Source: Lachnospiraceae bacterium
GTDB taxonomy: Bacteria; Bacillota; Clostridia; Lachnospirales; Lachnospiraceae
Assembly (NCBI GenBank): GCA_022797535.1
Contig: JAAWKU010000005.1
Coordinates: 3,175-67,174, forward strand
Direction: 5' to 3'
DNA: 64,000 bases
Each line of letters opens with the position of its first letter. Position 1 is the first letter of the stretch. This document shows, one piece after another, positions 1 to 9,781 of the stretch. The notes beneath the pieces were generated by a model. That model saw only the letters and a list, made by a program, of their open reading frames with translations, did no database searches and was not told the origin of the DNA. The position numbers were made by a program, and so were the translations under genes.

Positions 1-1035
1 CAGGCCAGGCGGTTTATTCACATGGAGTACTATATCATCAAGAACGATGTACTGTTTCAGCGGATTGTGGATGTGCTCAGGGAGAAAGCGGCGGAGGGAG
101 TGGAAGTGCGCATTCTGTTTGACAGTATGGGATGCCGCACGGTAAAGAGCAAACTCTGGAAGCAGCTGGGAGCCTGGGGAATCCAAACGGCAGAGTTTTT
201 TCCCGCGCTGCTGGGCAGGCTGCAGCTCCGTATCAACTACCGCAACCACCGCAAGATTGTGGTGATTGACAACCGGGTGGGATATGTGGGAGGCTTCAAT
301 GTGGGCAAGGAGTACCTGGGGCTGGACGAGCGTTTTGGCTATTGGCGGGACACCCATCTGCGGATTCTGGGGGGCGCGGTATTCGGCCTGCAACTGCGTT
401 TTATCCTGGACTGGAATTACGCGTCCGGGCAAAATCTGTTTGCTGCCGGCAAATATCTGGAAGAGAAGCAGGCAGTGGGAGGCGACGGCTGTAAAGCGCA
501 GATTATCAGCAGCGGCCCGGACAATACCCAGAAGCAGATCAGAGACAATTATCTACAGCTGATTCACAAGGCCAGACGCAGAATCAGCATACAGACGCCA
601 TATTTTATCCCGGATGAGTCCGTGATGAGCGCCCTGCTCATCGCCGTCCGTTCCGGCGTGGAGGTGCGGGTGATGATTCCCTGTAAGCCGGATCATCCCT
701 TTGTGTACTGGGCAACTTACTCCTACATGGGTGATCTGGTGATGGCGGGCGCGAGCTGCTACACCTATGACGACGGCTTTTTGCACAGCAAGGGCCTGGT
801 GGTGGACGACGAGGTGTTGTGCTTCGGCACGGCCAATATGGATATACGCAGCTTTTCTCTGAACTTCGAGGTAAACGCGGTGGTATATGACGAGGGCAAG
901 GCCAGGGAGATGACGGAGCTGTTTGACCGAGATCTGGAGCATTGTACCCAGGTTACCAGAGAGGCATATGCCAGCCGCTGTCTGAAAGTACGTTTCAAGG
1001 AGCAGGTGTGCAGGCTTCTCTCGCCGCTGCTTTAA
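1..1035 (+). CDS. cls: Cardiolipin synthase (phospholipase D family), 5' end outside window
   Basis: Two HKD motifs (NHRKIVVID, LHSKGLVVD), GGFNVG and GTANMDIRSF motifs; frame is open from base 1. Confidence 0.92.
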   Translation, partial: QARRFIHMEYYIIKNDVLFQRIVDVLREKAAEGVEVRILFDSMGCRTVKSKLWKQLGAWGIQTAEFFPALLGRLQLRINYRNHRKIVVIDNRVGYVGGFNVGKEYLGLDERFGYWRDTHLRILGGAVFGLQLRFILDWNYASGQNLFAAGKYLEEKQAVGGDGCKAQIISSGPDNTQKQIRDNYLQLIHKARRRISIQTPYFIPDESVMSALLIAVRSGVEVRVMIPCKPDHPFVYWATYSYMGDLVMAGASCYTYDDGFLHSKGLVVDDEVLCFGTANMDIRSFSLNFEVNAVVYDEGKAREMTELFDRDLEHCTQVTREAYASRCLKVRFKEQVCRLLSPLL

Positions 1036-1261
1036 GAGAGGCTTTCTGTACTTTCTGTTATATTGTTGGAGCCGGGGCGGCAGGGCATTGCCCCGGTTTG
1101 CCGGCCCGGCAGACGCTTAAGTGTGCCAATTCGTGGAGATAATGAAAATAAGGCTTTTACTGGGAGCCGAATTGTGGTATAAAGGATAGTGTATTTGCTG
1201 TTGTAGAGAAAGGGTCAGTTTGACTTAAGTCAGACTCCGAATAAGCGGAAAAGAGGAAGAT

Positions 1262-2314
1262 ATGGGAAAAAAGATGGCGATTGTGCTGGCTGCGTTGCTG
1301 GCAGCAGGCATGTTGAGCGGCTGCGGCAGACAGTCGGATGCACTGAAAGACATGAAGGTGGAAAAGATTGTGACGCTGGGAGAGTATACGGGCATTCCCG
1401 TGCAGGTGGCGGCAGCAGCGGTGGACGAAGCCCAGGAGGCGGAACTGATGAAGGCGCTGTACATGGACTCCGTGACAGCGGAGCGGGGCGGTATCCTGGA
1501 CCGGGAGGTGGCTCTGGGGGACACTGTAAATATTGACTATGCGGGAACCCGGGACGGCGTGGCTTTCCAGGGAGGCACGGCCACAGGCGCTCTGCTGGAG
1601 ATCGGCTCAGGTCAGTTTATCGAGGGTTTTGAAGAGGGGCTGATCGGCGCCATGCCGGGGGAGACCAGGGATTTGGAACTGCACTTTCCCGAGGTGTATC
1701 TGAACAATCCGGAGCTGGCCGGACAGGCTGTGGTCTTTAACGTTACCGTGAACTTTATTCTGCCTGCGGAATACAGTGATGAGGTGGTCGCCGCCATTGG
1801 CGTTCCCGACATTACCACCGTGGAGCAGATGCAGCAGTTTGTTCATGAGTACCTGGATACAAACGCTCAGAACACCTACCGCGCCGCACTGGAGAATGCG
1901 GTGGTGGACGGCTTGATCAACGGCTGCGTGTTTCAGGAACTCCCGGAGGCCCTGGTGGAAAAGTACCGAAATAATGTACAGGCGGGACTGGAGGCGGACT
2001 GCGCGGCAAACGGCGTTGATTTGGAGCTCTATTGCCAGTATAGCTTCGGAATGGATTCCGCGTCCTTCCTGAATCAGTATGCGGAAAAAGCGGCCCAACA
2101 GGGGCTGGCGTTTCAGGCGGTGGCCAATGCGGAGAATCTGAATATTTCGGATCAGGAGTTGCAGGAGAAACTGGAAGAGTACGCGGCCCAGGGCGGATAT
2201 GACACGGTGGAGGCGTTTTTAGGTGAACTGGACCGGGAGGAATACAGAGAATATTTCATGTTTGAGAGGGTGCTGGAATTCCTGACCCAGAATGCCCAGG
2301 TCACAGAGAATTAA
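1262..2314 (+). CDS. Trigger-factor-like FKBP peptidyl-prolyl isomerase, predicted lipoprotein
   Basis: Signal peptide with lipobox LSGC; FKBP core (VNIDYAG..FQGG..GSGQFIEGFEEGLIG); helical C-terminal chaperone-like domain; RBS GAGGA. Confidence 0.8.
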   Translation: MGKKMAIVLAALLAAGMLSGCGRQSDALKDMKVEKIVTLGEYTGIPVQVAAAAVDEAQEAELMKALYMDSVTAERGGILDREVALGDTVNIDYAGTRDGVAFQGGTATGALLEIGSGQFIEGFEEGLIGAMPGETRDLELHFPEVYLNNPELAGQAVVFNVTVNFILPAEYSDEVVAAIGVPDITTVEQMQQFVHEYLDTNAQNTYRAALENAVVDGLINGCVFQELPEALVEKYRNNVQAGLEADCAANGVDLELYCQYSFGMDSASFLNQYAEKAAQQGLAFQAVANAENLNISDQELQEKLEEYAAQGGYDTVEAFLGELDREEYREYFMFERVLEFLTQNAQVTEN

Positions 2315-2402
2315 ATTAAAATTGCAGGAACGGCCTCATATTATGCACCGGAAGCGTGCGTTTGCAGGGGATAGGCGGAACTCAAAATAGGAGGAAAAAA
2401 AG

Positions 2403-3794
2403 ATGAATCTTACAGACATCAAGGAACTATACCGTAACAAGGCAGCATATGCGGACAGGGAGGTAACTGTGGGCGGCTGGGTGCGAAACAACCGTGACTC
2501 CAAAAACTTCGGCTTCCTGGTGATTAACGACGGGACGTTTTTTGAGCCGCTTCAGGTGGTATACGGCGACAAGCTGGAGAATTTTGCGGAACTGTGCAAG
2601 ATAAATGTGGGCGCGGCCCTGATTGTCCGGGGGACCATCGTGCTGACTCCCGATGCCAAGCAGCCTTTCGAGATGCAGGCGGCGGAGGTGCTGGTAGAGG
2701 GGCCTTCCGGGGCGGACTATCCCCTGCAGAAAAAGCGTCACAGCTTTGAGTATCTGCGCACCATTTCTCATCTGCGTCCCCGGACCAACACGTTTCAGGC
2801 TGTGTTCCGTGTGCGTTCCCTGATCGCCTACGCGATTCATAACTTTTTCCAGGAGCGGGGCTTTGTGTATGTGCATACCCCGCTGATCACCGGAAGCGAC
2901 TGCGAGGGTGCGGGAGAGATGTTCCAGGTGACCACTCTGGATCTGGGGAATGTCCCCAGGACGCAAGAGGGCGGCATTGATTTTTCCCAGGATTTTTTCG
3001 GAAAGCCCACCAACCTCACAGTCAGCGGTCAGTTGAACGGCGAAACCTTTGCCATGGCTTTTAAGAACATCTATACTTTTGGTCCCACCTTCCGGGCAGA
3101 GAATTCCAACACCACCCGTCATGCGGCGGAGTTCTGGATGATTGAGCCGGAGATGGCTTTCGCGGATTTGAAGGACGACATGATGCTGGCGGAGAGCATG
3201 TTGAAGTATATTATCCGTTATGTGCTGGAGAATGCCCCGGAAGAGATGGCCTTCTTCAATCAGTTTGTGGACAAGGGACTGATCGAACGTTTGAACCATG
3301 TGGTCAACTCTGATTTTGGTCATGTGACTTACACAGAGGCCATTGAAATCCTGGAAAAGCATAACGAGATCTTTGACTATAAAGTGTTCTGGGGCTGTGA
3401 CCTGCAGACGGAACATGAGAGATATCTGACAGAGCAGGAGTTCAAACGCCCTGTGTTCGTCACGGACTATCCCAAGGAGATCAAGGCATTCTATATGAAG
3501 CTGAACCAGGATGGCAGGACGGTGGCGGCCATGGACTGCCTGGTGCCCGGCATCGGCGAGATCATCGGAGGCAGCCAGCGTGAGGATCATCTGGAGGTGC
3601 TGGAACAGCGCATGGAGGAACTGGGACTGAACAAGGAAGATTATGGTTTCTATCTGGACCTGCGCCGTTATGGTTCCGCCCGTCACGCCGGCTTTGGGCT
3701 GGGATTTGAGAGATGCGTTATGTATCTCACTGGTATGGGCAATATCCGGGATGTGGTGCCGTTCCCCAGGACAGTGAATAACTGTGAATTGTAA
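2403..3794 (+). CDS. asnS: Asparagine--tRNA ligase
   Basis: OB-fold start (GWVR), [11 protein letters not shown] motif 2, GGSQRE and GFGLGFER motif 3, VPFPRT end. Confidence 0.97.
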   Translation: MNLTDIKELYRNKAAYADREVTVGGWVRNNRDSKNFGFLVINDGTFFEPLQVVYGDKLENFAELCKINVGAALIVRGTIVLTPDAKQPFEMQAAEVLVEGPSGADYPLQKKRHSFEYLRTISHLRPRTNTFQAVFRVRSLIAYAIHNFFQERGFVYVHTPLITGSDCEGAGEMFQVTTLDLGNVPRTQEGGIDFSQDFFGKPTNLTVSGQLNGETFAMAFKNIYTFGPTFRAENSNTTRHAAEFWMIEPEMAFADLKDDMMLAESMLKYIIRYVLENAPEEMAFFNQFVDKGLIERLNHVVNSDFGHVTYTEAIEILEKHNEIFDYKVFWGCDLQTEHERYLTEQEFKRPVFVTDYPKEIKAFYMKLNQDGRTVAAMDCLVPGIGEIIGGSQREDHLEVLEQRMEELGLNKEDYGFYLDLRRYGSARHAGFGLGFERCVMYLTGMGNIRDVVPFPRTVNNCEL

Positions 3795-3877
3795 CAGGGC
3801 CTGCCGGAGCGTGATGTGCCTGGAATACCTTTGTTATTGAGATCTGATATCCAGATCTATTACTGAGAAAGGAAGTA

Positions 3878-5089
3878 GTGATGAGGAGAAAAGAAAGGGT
3901 GAAAAAATGCATGATGGCAGTGGCAGTGGCGGCATTATTGATTTCCACCCTGTCGGGAACCACTCTGGATACCTGGGCCACCACTATTAAGGAGTTGGAG
4001 GACGCTATTTCAGATACTCAAAATCAGCTTGACAATATCAATGACAATATATCCAATCTGGAAGATCAGCAGGATCTGCTGGAGGAGCAGATGGAGGATT
4101 TGAACGCGGAACTGATCAATATCCTCACCAGCATTGAACTCCTGGAAGATGATATTGCCCGAAAGGAGACGGATATTCAACTGACCCAGCAGGCATACGA
4201 GGCGGCGCAGCAGAAAGAACAGGAGCAGGCGGAAGCCATGGCTCTGCAAATCCGCTTTATGTATGAGACGGGAGACGATACGTTGATGAATATGCTCTTC
4301 AGCAATGCAAGTTTCAGCAACATGCTGAACCGTGTCACTTATGCGGAGAGCGTAAATGCTTACAATCAGGAAATGCTGAATCAGTATGAGGCTACCCGGA
4401 TAGAGGTGCATAATCTGTGGGAGCAGTTGGAGGCTGACAAGGCATCCCTGGAGGCCGACAAGGCAGAAATGGAAGGACAGAAGGAGTACTGCGACCGCCT
4501 GATGGTCCAGCTGCAGGAGAAATCCGAGAATTTTGCCGCCCAGATTGCCAGGGCGAAACAGGATGCGGCGGCGGCCAAGGCACTGCTGCAGCAGGAGCAA
4601 AAGCAACTGAAGAAGCTGAAAGACGAAGAGCGAAGAAAAGAGGAAGAGAGACGGCGCCAGGCGGCTCTGGCAGCGGCGGCCAAGAATCCTCCACAGGTTA
4701 CCGGCAGTACCAATTATGCCTCTGTGGTGGATAATGCGGCAGGCAGTGACAAGGGCAAGCAGATTGCTAAATATGCGTTGCAGTTTGTGGGCAACCCATA
4801 TGTGGCAGGGGGTACCAGTCTGACAAACGGCGCGGACTGTTCCGGTTTTACATACCGCGTATACCAGGATTACGGATATGATATTCCCCGCACATCCTAT
4901 TCCCAGAGAAGCGTAGGCATAGGCGTGGATTACAGTGAGGCCCAGCCTGGGGATCTGATTTGTTATGAGGGGCATGTGGCTCTGTACATCGGGGGCGGCA
5001 AGATCGTTCATGCCAGCACCCAGAGGACTGGGATTAAGGTGAGCAATGCCAACTACAGGACTATTCTGGCGGTGCGGCGCGTCATATAG
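3878..5089 (+). CDS. Secreted coiled-coil NlpC/P60 peptidoglycan endopeptidase (PcsB/CwlO-like architecture)
   Basis: Signal peptide, long coiled coil, C-terminal GNPYVAGG..DCSGF..GHVALY..HAS catalytic motifs. Confidence 0.88.
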   Translation: MMRRKERVKKCMMAVAVAALLISTLSGTTLDTWATTIKELEDAISDTQNQLDNINDNISNLEDQQDLLEEQMEDLNAELINILTSIELLEDDIARKETDIQLTQQAYEAAQQKEQEQAEAMALQIRFMYETGDDTLMNMLFSNASFSNMLNRVTYAESVNAYNQEMLNQYEATRIEVHNLWEQLEADKASLEADKAEMEGQKEYCDRLMVQLQEKSENFAAQIARAKQDAAAAKALLQQEQKQLKKLKDEERRKEEERRRQAALAAAAKNPPQVTGSTNYASVVDNAAGSDKGKQIAKYALQFVGNPYVAGGTSLTNGADCSGFTYRVYQDYGYDIPRTSYSQRSVGIGVDYSEAQPGDLICYEGHVALYIGGGKIVHASTQRTGIKVSNANYRTILAVRRVI

Positions 5090-5215
5090 TCCCGTGTCAT
5101 AGCGCGGAAGGCATGAGCCTGGCCTGGTGGCCGAAAGTCGAAAATAGGAATGTGCGGAGGTGTGGACCATTTACAAATGATCCGCACCTCTCAGCCATTG
5201 TACATTTTGGTGGGG

Positions 5216-5394
5216 CCATGAGTGGACGCCGAAGCGGTCAGTCATGGATCACTGTCCGTGTGGGGTTGCAGGGAAGATGCGGAACTTATAACAGCATATT
5301 CCCGGAAAGCGCACTGATCCATGAGTGGACGCTGAAGCGGTCAGTCATGGATCACTGTCCGTGTGGGGTTGCAGGGAAGATGCGAAACTTATAA
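5216..5394. repeat. 76-bp direct repeat, two copies (5216-5291, 5319-5394), 2 mismatches
   Basis: CCATGAGTGGACGC(C/T)GAAGCGG...GATGCG(G/A)AACTTATAA read twice, 103 bp apart. Confidence 0.95.
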
Positions 5395-5411
5395 TAGGAG
5401 GAAAAGGAAGA

Positions 5412-6794
5412 ATGAGGTATGAGGCAGACAGGGTATCGGACATTCAGATAGCTTATATTGGCGGGGGATCCAGGGGCTGGGCCTGGACATTTATGACGGA
5501 TCTGGCCATGGAACCCCAAATCAGCGGCACAATCCGTCTGTATGATATCGACAGGGAAGCGGCAAAAGCCAATGCCATCATCGGAAACCGGCAAAAGCAG
5601 CGGAAGGATGTGCCTGGCCAATGGGATTATGTGGTGAAAGACACGCTGCAGGAGGCGCTGGACGGTGCCGATTTCGTAGTGATATCCATTCTGCCCGGAA
5701 CCTTTGACCAGATGGAAGTGGATGTGCACATGCCGGAGCGGTTGGGCATCTACCAGTCTGTGGGGGACACTGCAGGGCCAGGGGGCATGATACGTGCTCT
5801 GCGCACCCTCCCCCTGTTCCTGGAATTTGGGAAAGCCATCAGGGAGACTTGTCCCAACGCCTGGGTTATCAATTACACTAATCCCATGACGTTGTGCGTC
5901 AGAATGCTGTATCAGGCGTTTCCTGATATTAAGGCTTTCGGCTGCTGCCATGAGGTGTTTGGGACTCAGAAAGTGCTGGCGGCTATCGCCTCTCAGGAGC
6001 TGGGCTGCGGCCCCATTGACCGGCGGGACATTCGTGTTAATGTGCTGGGCATCAATCATTTTACCTGGTTTGACTATGCCAGCTACAGGGGAATTGATCT
6101 GTTTCCTGTTTACAGGCAGTATGTGGATGCCCACTATGAGGAGGGGTTTGAGGAGAAGGATCACCATTGGATGAATTCTACCTTTGCCTGCGCCCATCGG
6201 GTGAAAATGGATTTGTTTCGGCGATATGGCCTGATTGCGGCGGCAGGAGACCGCCATCTGGCAGAGTTTATGCCCGGGGAGGAGTATCTGAAGGATCCCG
6301 GGACTGTGTCAGGCTGGAAATTTGGTCTGACTACGGTGGCATGGAGGAAAGAGGATCTGCAGAAGCGGCTGGAGCGCAGCCGCAGGCTGGCAAGCGGCCA
6401 GGAGGAGATCGAGTTGAAAGCCACCGGGGAGGAAGGCATACTGTTGATCAAGGCACTATGCGGCCTGGAGCGGGTGGTGAGCAATGTGAATATTCCCAAC
6501 ACCGGTCATCAAATTGCCAATCTACCGGATAACGCAGTGGTGGAAACCAATGCGTTGTTTGAACGGGACGCCATACGTCCTGTGCTGGCCGGGAGCGTCC
6601 CGGAACCAGTGCGCAGGCTGCTTCAGCCCCATCTGGAGAATCATGATCGAATCATGCAGGTAGTACTGGGAAATAATAGGGACATGGAACTGGTGGAAGA
6701 GGCATTCATGAATGACCCTCTGATAAAGGGTCGCGCCACAGAGGAGCAGATACGGGCCCTGGCTAGGGATATGATGTCGGCCACTTTGGGATAG
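5412..6794 (+). CDS. Glycoside hydrolase family 4, likely alpha-galacturonidase (LplD-like)
   Basis: IAYIGGGS NAD-binding motif, GPGG, NYTNP, CHEV motif, GINHFTW; start placed at ATG 5412 after GGAGGAAAAGGA because the longer ORF begins inside the repeat. Confidence 0.85.
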   Translation: MRYEADRVSDIQIAYIGGGSRGWAWTFMTDLAMEPQISGTIRLYDIDREAAKANAIIGNRQKQRKDVPGQWDYVVKDTLQEALDGADFVVISILPGTFDQMEVDVHMPERLGIYQSVGDTAGPGGMIRALRTLPLFLEFGKAIRETCPNAWVINYTNPMTLCVRMLYQAFPDIKAFGCCHEVFGTQKVLAAIASQELGCGPIDRRDIRVNVLGINHFTWFDYASYRGIDLFPVYRQYVDAHYEEGFEEKDHHWMNSTFACAHRVKMDLFRRYGLIAAAGDRHLAEFMPGEEYLKDPGTVSGWKFGLTTVAWRKEDLQKRLERSRRLASGQEEIELKATGEEGILLIKALCGLERVVSNVNIPNTGHQIANLPDNAVVETNALFERDAIRPVLAGSVPEPVRRLLQPHLENHDRIMQVVLGNNRDMELVEEAFMNDPLIKGRATEEQIRALARDMMSATLG

Positions 6795-6829
6795 ACGGAT
6801 GTAAGTATGCATGTGGGAGGTATTGCGTT

Positions 6830-8188
6830 GTGAAGATTATCGTTGCGGGAGATGGCAAGATGGGTTCTACGCTGACCCGGCAGCTTGCTCTGGAAGGGCA
6901 TGACCTGACTTTGATAGACGCCAATTCCAGGGTGCTGGAGAGCACACAGGAGCGCTATGATGTCATGGTTATCCAGGGAAACTGCGCTACTATGGACGTA
7001 CTGCAGCAGGCAGGAGTCAGGGAGGCAGATCTGCTTATCGCCATGACGGGGGCAGATGAAATCAATCTATTGTGCTGTATGACGGCCCATGCCATGAATG
7101 CCCGTCTCCATACCATCGCCCGGGTGAGGAATCCGGAGTATACTCAGCAGATCTACAAGATGCGGGATATGTTTGGCCTCTCCATGACAGTGAACCCGGA
7201 GCGGCAGGCGGCTATGGAAATCAGCAGGCTTTTAAAATATCCGGGTTTTTTAAAGAGAGACACCTTTGCAAGAGGTAAGGTTGAAATCGTAGAACTGAAA
7301 CTCAATGAGCAGAGCAAACTTTGTGATGTGGCCCTGAATGATATGAACAGTATCGTCAAGTGCAAGATCCTGGTCTGCACCGTACTGCGCGGGGGCAAAG
7401 CGGTGGCTCCAGACGGAAATTTCGTGTTAAAAGAAGGGGACAGAATCTTTGTGACAGCCCCCAGCAACGAATTGGCGACTCTTCTGCATAATCTGGGGAT
7501 CATCACTCATAAGGTAAAGCGGGTGCTGGTGTGCGGAGGGGGGCGCGTCACATTCTATCTGGCAAAAATGCTGGAAAAAAGCGGGATCGCCGTGCAGATT
7601 GTGGAACAGGATCCCCAGCGCTGTGTAGGGCTGGCCGGTATGTTGCCTCATGCCAATATAATTCAGGGGGATGCCAGCAGTGAACTTCTGCTGGAAAGTG
7701 AAGGCATTTCGGACTGTGACGCCCTGGCTACTTTGACAGGCATAGATGAATTGAATATGATTATTTCTCTCTATGGAAGCAGTTGCGGAGTGCCCCAGAT
7801 CATTACCAAGCTGGGACGCATGAACAATAAGAACATTCTGGAGAATCTGTCTCTGGGCAGTATCATCAGTCCTAAGGAATTGTGCTGCAATACCATTGTG
7901 CGGTATGTGCGGGCCATGCAAAATCAGACAGGCGCTGCTAAGACAGTTTACTCCATTGCCGACGGGCAGGCAGAGGCCATGGAGTTCCTGGTGGATGAAC
8001 ACACTCTGCACTGCGGGGAGCCGCTAAAGCGGTTAAAACTGAAGAAAAATGTTCTGGTGGCCTGCATCACCAAGGGAGTGCAGCAGGAAATTCCCAACGG
8101 CGATTCATCTTTCAATCAGGGAGACACAGTGATTATTGTGACCAATGGAGATCGGGTAATCTATCAGCTAAACGACATTTTTGAATGA
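6830..8188 (+). CDS. trkA: Trk potassium transport NAD-binding subunit
   Basis: Two RCK domains (IIVAGDGKMG, VLVCGGGRV), about 450 aa, upstream of trkH. Confidence 0.93.
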   Translation: MKIIVAGDGKMGSTLTRQLALEGHDLTLIDANSRVLESTQERYDVMVIQGNCATMDVLQQAGVREADLLIAMTGADEINLLCCMTAHAMNARLHTIARVRNPEYTQQIYKMRDMFGLSMTVNPERQAAMEISRLLKYPGFLKRDTFARGKVEIVELKLNEQSKLCDVALNDMNSIVKCKILVCTVLRGGKAVAPDGNFVLKEGDRIFVTAPSNELATLLHNLGIITHKVKRVLVCGGGRVTFYLAKMLEKSGIAVQIVEQDPQRCVGLAGMLPHANIIQGDASSELLLESEGISDCDALATLTGIDELNMIISLYGSSCGVPQIITKLGRMNNKNILENLSLGSIISPKELCCNTIVRYVRAMQNQTGAAKTVYSIADGQAEAMEFLVDEHTLHCGEPLKRLKLKKNVLVACITKGVQQEIPNGDSSFNQGDTVIIVTNGDRVIYQLNDIFE

Positions 8189-8272
8189 CCTGAAGTCCAT
8201 ATCTTTGATCAGGACCAAGTATTTTTGAGGATCAGACCTGCTGGAGCAGGCGGATGGAGATGAGATACGATT

Positions 8273-9727
8273 ATGAATTACAAGATGATGGGGAAGTTTA
8301 TCGGGCTGCTTTTGATGGTGGAAAGCATATTTATGCTGCCTGCGCTGATTATCAGTCTGTGCAGACAGGAGCGGAGTTCCGCGCTGGCATTTACCGCCAC
8401 TATTGTGGTTCTCTGGGGGTTGGGAATGGTGCTTCGCCTTTTGTGCCGCAGGGCCAGGAAGAGTTTCTTTGCGAAGGAAGGCCTGGTATGTGTGGGCCTG
8501 GGCTGGCTGATTATGAGTCTGCTGGGCTGTCTGCCTTTTTTTCTGTCGGGGGCTATCCCCAACTATGTAGACGCTCTGTTTGAGATGGTTTCCGGCTTTA
8601 CTACCACCGGAGCCTCTATTCTGGAACAAATAGAAGGATTACCCTATGGCATCCTGTATTGGCGCAGCTTCAGCCATTGGCTGGGAGGCATGGGCGTGTT
8701 GGTATTCCTGTTGGCCATTCCCATGGGCGGAGATGGTGGCAGCGGTTTTACCATGCATCTGTTGCGGGCGGAGAGCCCGGGCCCCAATGTGGGAAAACTG
8801 GTGCCAAAGATGAAACAGACGGCCCAAATCCTGTATATTCTGTATATTGCGTTGACTGTGCTCAACGTATTTTTTCTGCTGATAGGCGGTATGCCGGTAT
8901 TCGACGCAGTGTGTACGGCCATGGGAACGGCGGGCACGGGGGGATTTGGCATTAAGGGAGACAGCATTGCCGGGTACAGTCCCTATCTCCAAAATGTGTG
9001 TACCGTGTTCATGCTGTTGTTTGGCGTGAATTTCAGTTGTTACTATCTGTTAATCCTGCGGCAGGTGAAAAGCGTGTTTAAAGATGAAGAACTGCGGATG
9101 TATCTGGGCGTCATACTTGGCAGTATTCTCCTGATTGTCTGGAATCTGCGGGGATTCTATGATACATTGGAAGAGACCGTGAGGCATGCGGCATTCCAGG
9201 TGGCCAGCATTGTCACCACCACGGGTTATGCCACCACGGACTTTGACCTCTGGCCCGGATTTTCCAAAGCAATCCTTTTGTTTTTGATGATAATCGGGGC
9301 CTGCGCGGGCAGTACAGGGGGAGGTTTTAAGTGTGGCCGTGCGTTGCTGGTGGTGAAAAATATGCTGCGCAGCGTGAGACAGCTCATCCGTCCCCAGCGA
9401 GTGCAGGTGGTAAGGATGAACGGACAGGCAGTTGACGAGAAGGTGCTGGCCAACACCAACACGTATGTGGCGGCTTATGCTATTATTACTATAGCCAGCT
9501 TTTTACTTATTTCGGTGGACGGCTTTTCCATTACCACCAATTTTTCTGCTGTCATGGCATGCTTTAACAACATCGGGCCGGGATTTGAGGCGGTGGGCCC
9601 TACCTGCAATTTTGCCTCTTACAGCATTTTTTCAAAGCTGGTACTGATCTGGGATATGCTGGCAGGCAGATTGGAAATATTTCCGATCCTGATCCTGTTT
9701 TCCCGCACCACCTGGAGACAGAGATAG
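8273..9727 (+). CDS. trkH: Trk potassium uptake membrane subunit
   Basis: SGFTTTG, WLGGMG, TAGTGGF, TTTGY, AGSTGGG and NNIGPG pore-loop motifs. Confidence 0.93.
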   Translation: MNYKMMGKFIGLLLMVESIFMLPALIISLCRQERSSALAFTATIVVLWGLGMVLRLLCRRARKSFFAKEGLVCVGLGWLIMSLLGCLPFFLSGAIPNYVDALFEMVSGFTTTGASILEQIEGLPYGILYWRSFSHWLGGMGVLVFLLAIPMGGDGGSGFTMHLLRAESPGPNVGKLVPKMKQTAQILYILYIALTVLNVFFLLIGGMPVFDAVCTAMGTAGTGGFGIKGDSIAGYSPYLQNVCTVFMLLFGVNFSCYYLLILRQVKSVFKDEELRMYLGVILGSILLIVWNLRGFYDTLEETVRHAAFQVASIVTTTGYATTDFDLWPGFSKAILLFLMIIGACAGSTGGGFKCGRALLVVKNMLRSVRQLIRPQRVQVVRMNGQAVDEKVLANTNTYVAAYAIITIASFLLISVDGFSITTNFSAVMACFNNIGPGFEAVGPTCNFASYSIFSKLVLIWDMLAGRLEIFPILILFSRTTWRQR

Positions 9728-9734
9728 AGATATT

Positions 9735-9762
9735 CAGCGCCTCACCCGGAGGGAAGGCGCTG
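9735..9762. terminator. GC-rich hairpin between convergent trkH and Rpn genes
   Basis: CAGCGCCT (9735-9742) / AGGCGCTG (9755-9762); no clear U tract. Confidence 0.5.
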
Positions 9763-9781
9763 GAGAAATAAGTTCCGTTTT

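Noticed and set aside
2315-2402. T-box leader for asnS
   Set aside because: The gap is only 88 bp and has no T-box motif or terminator.
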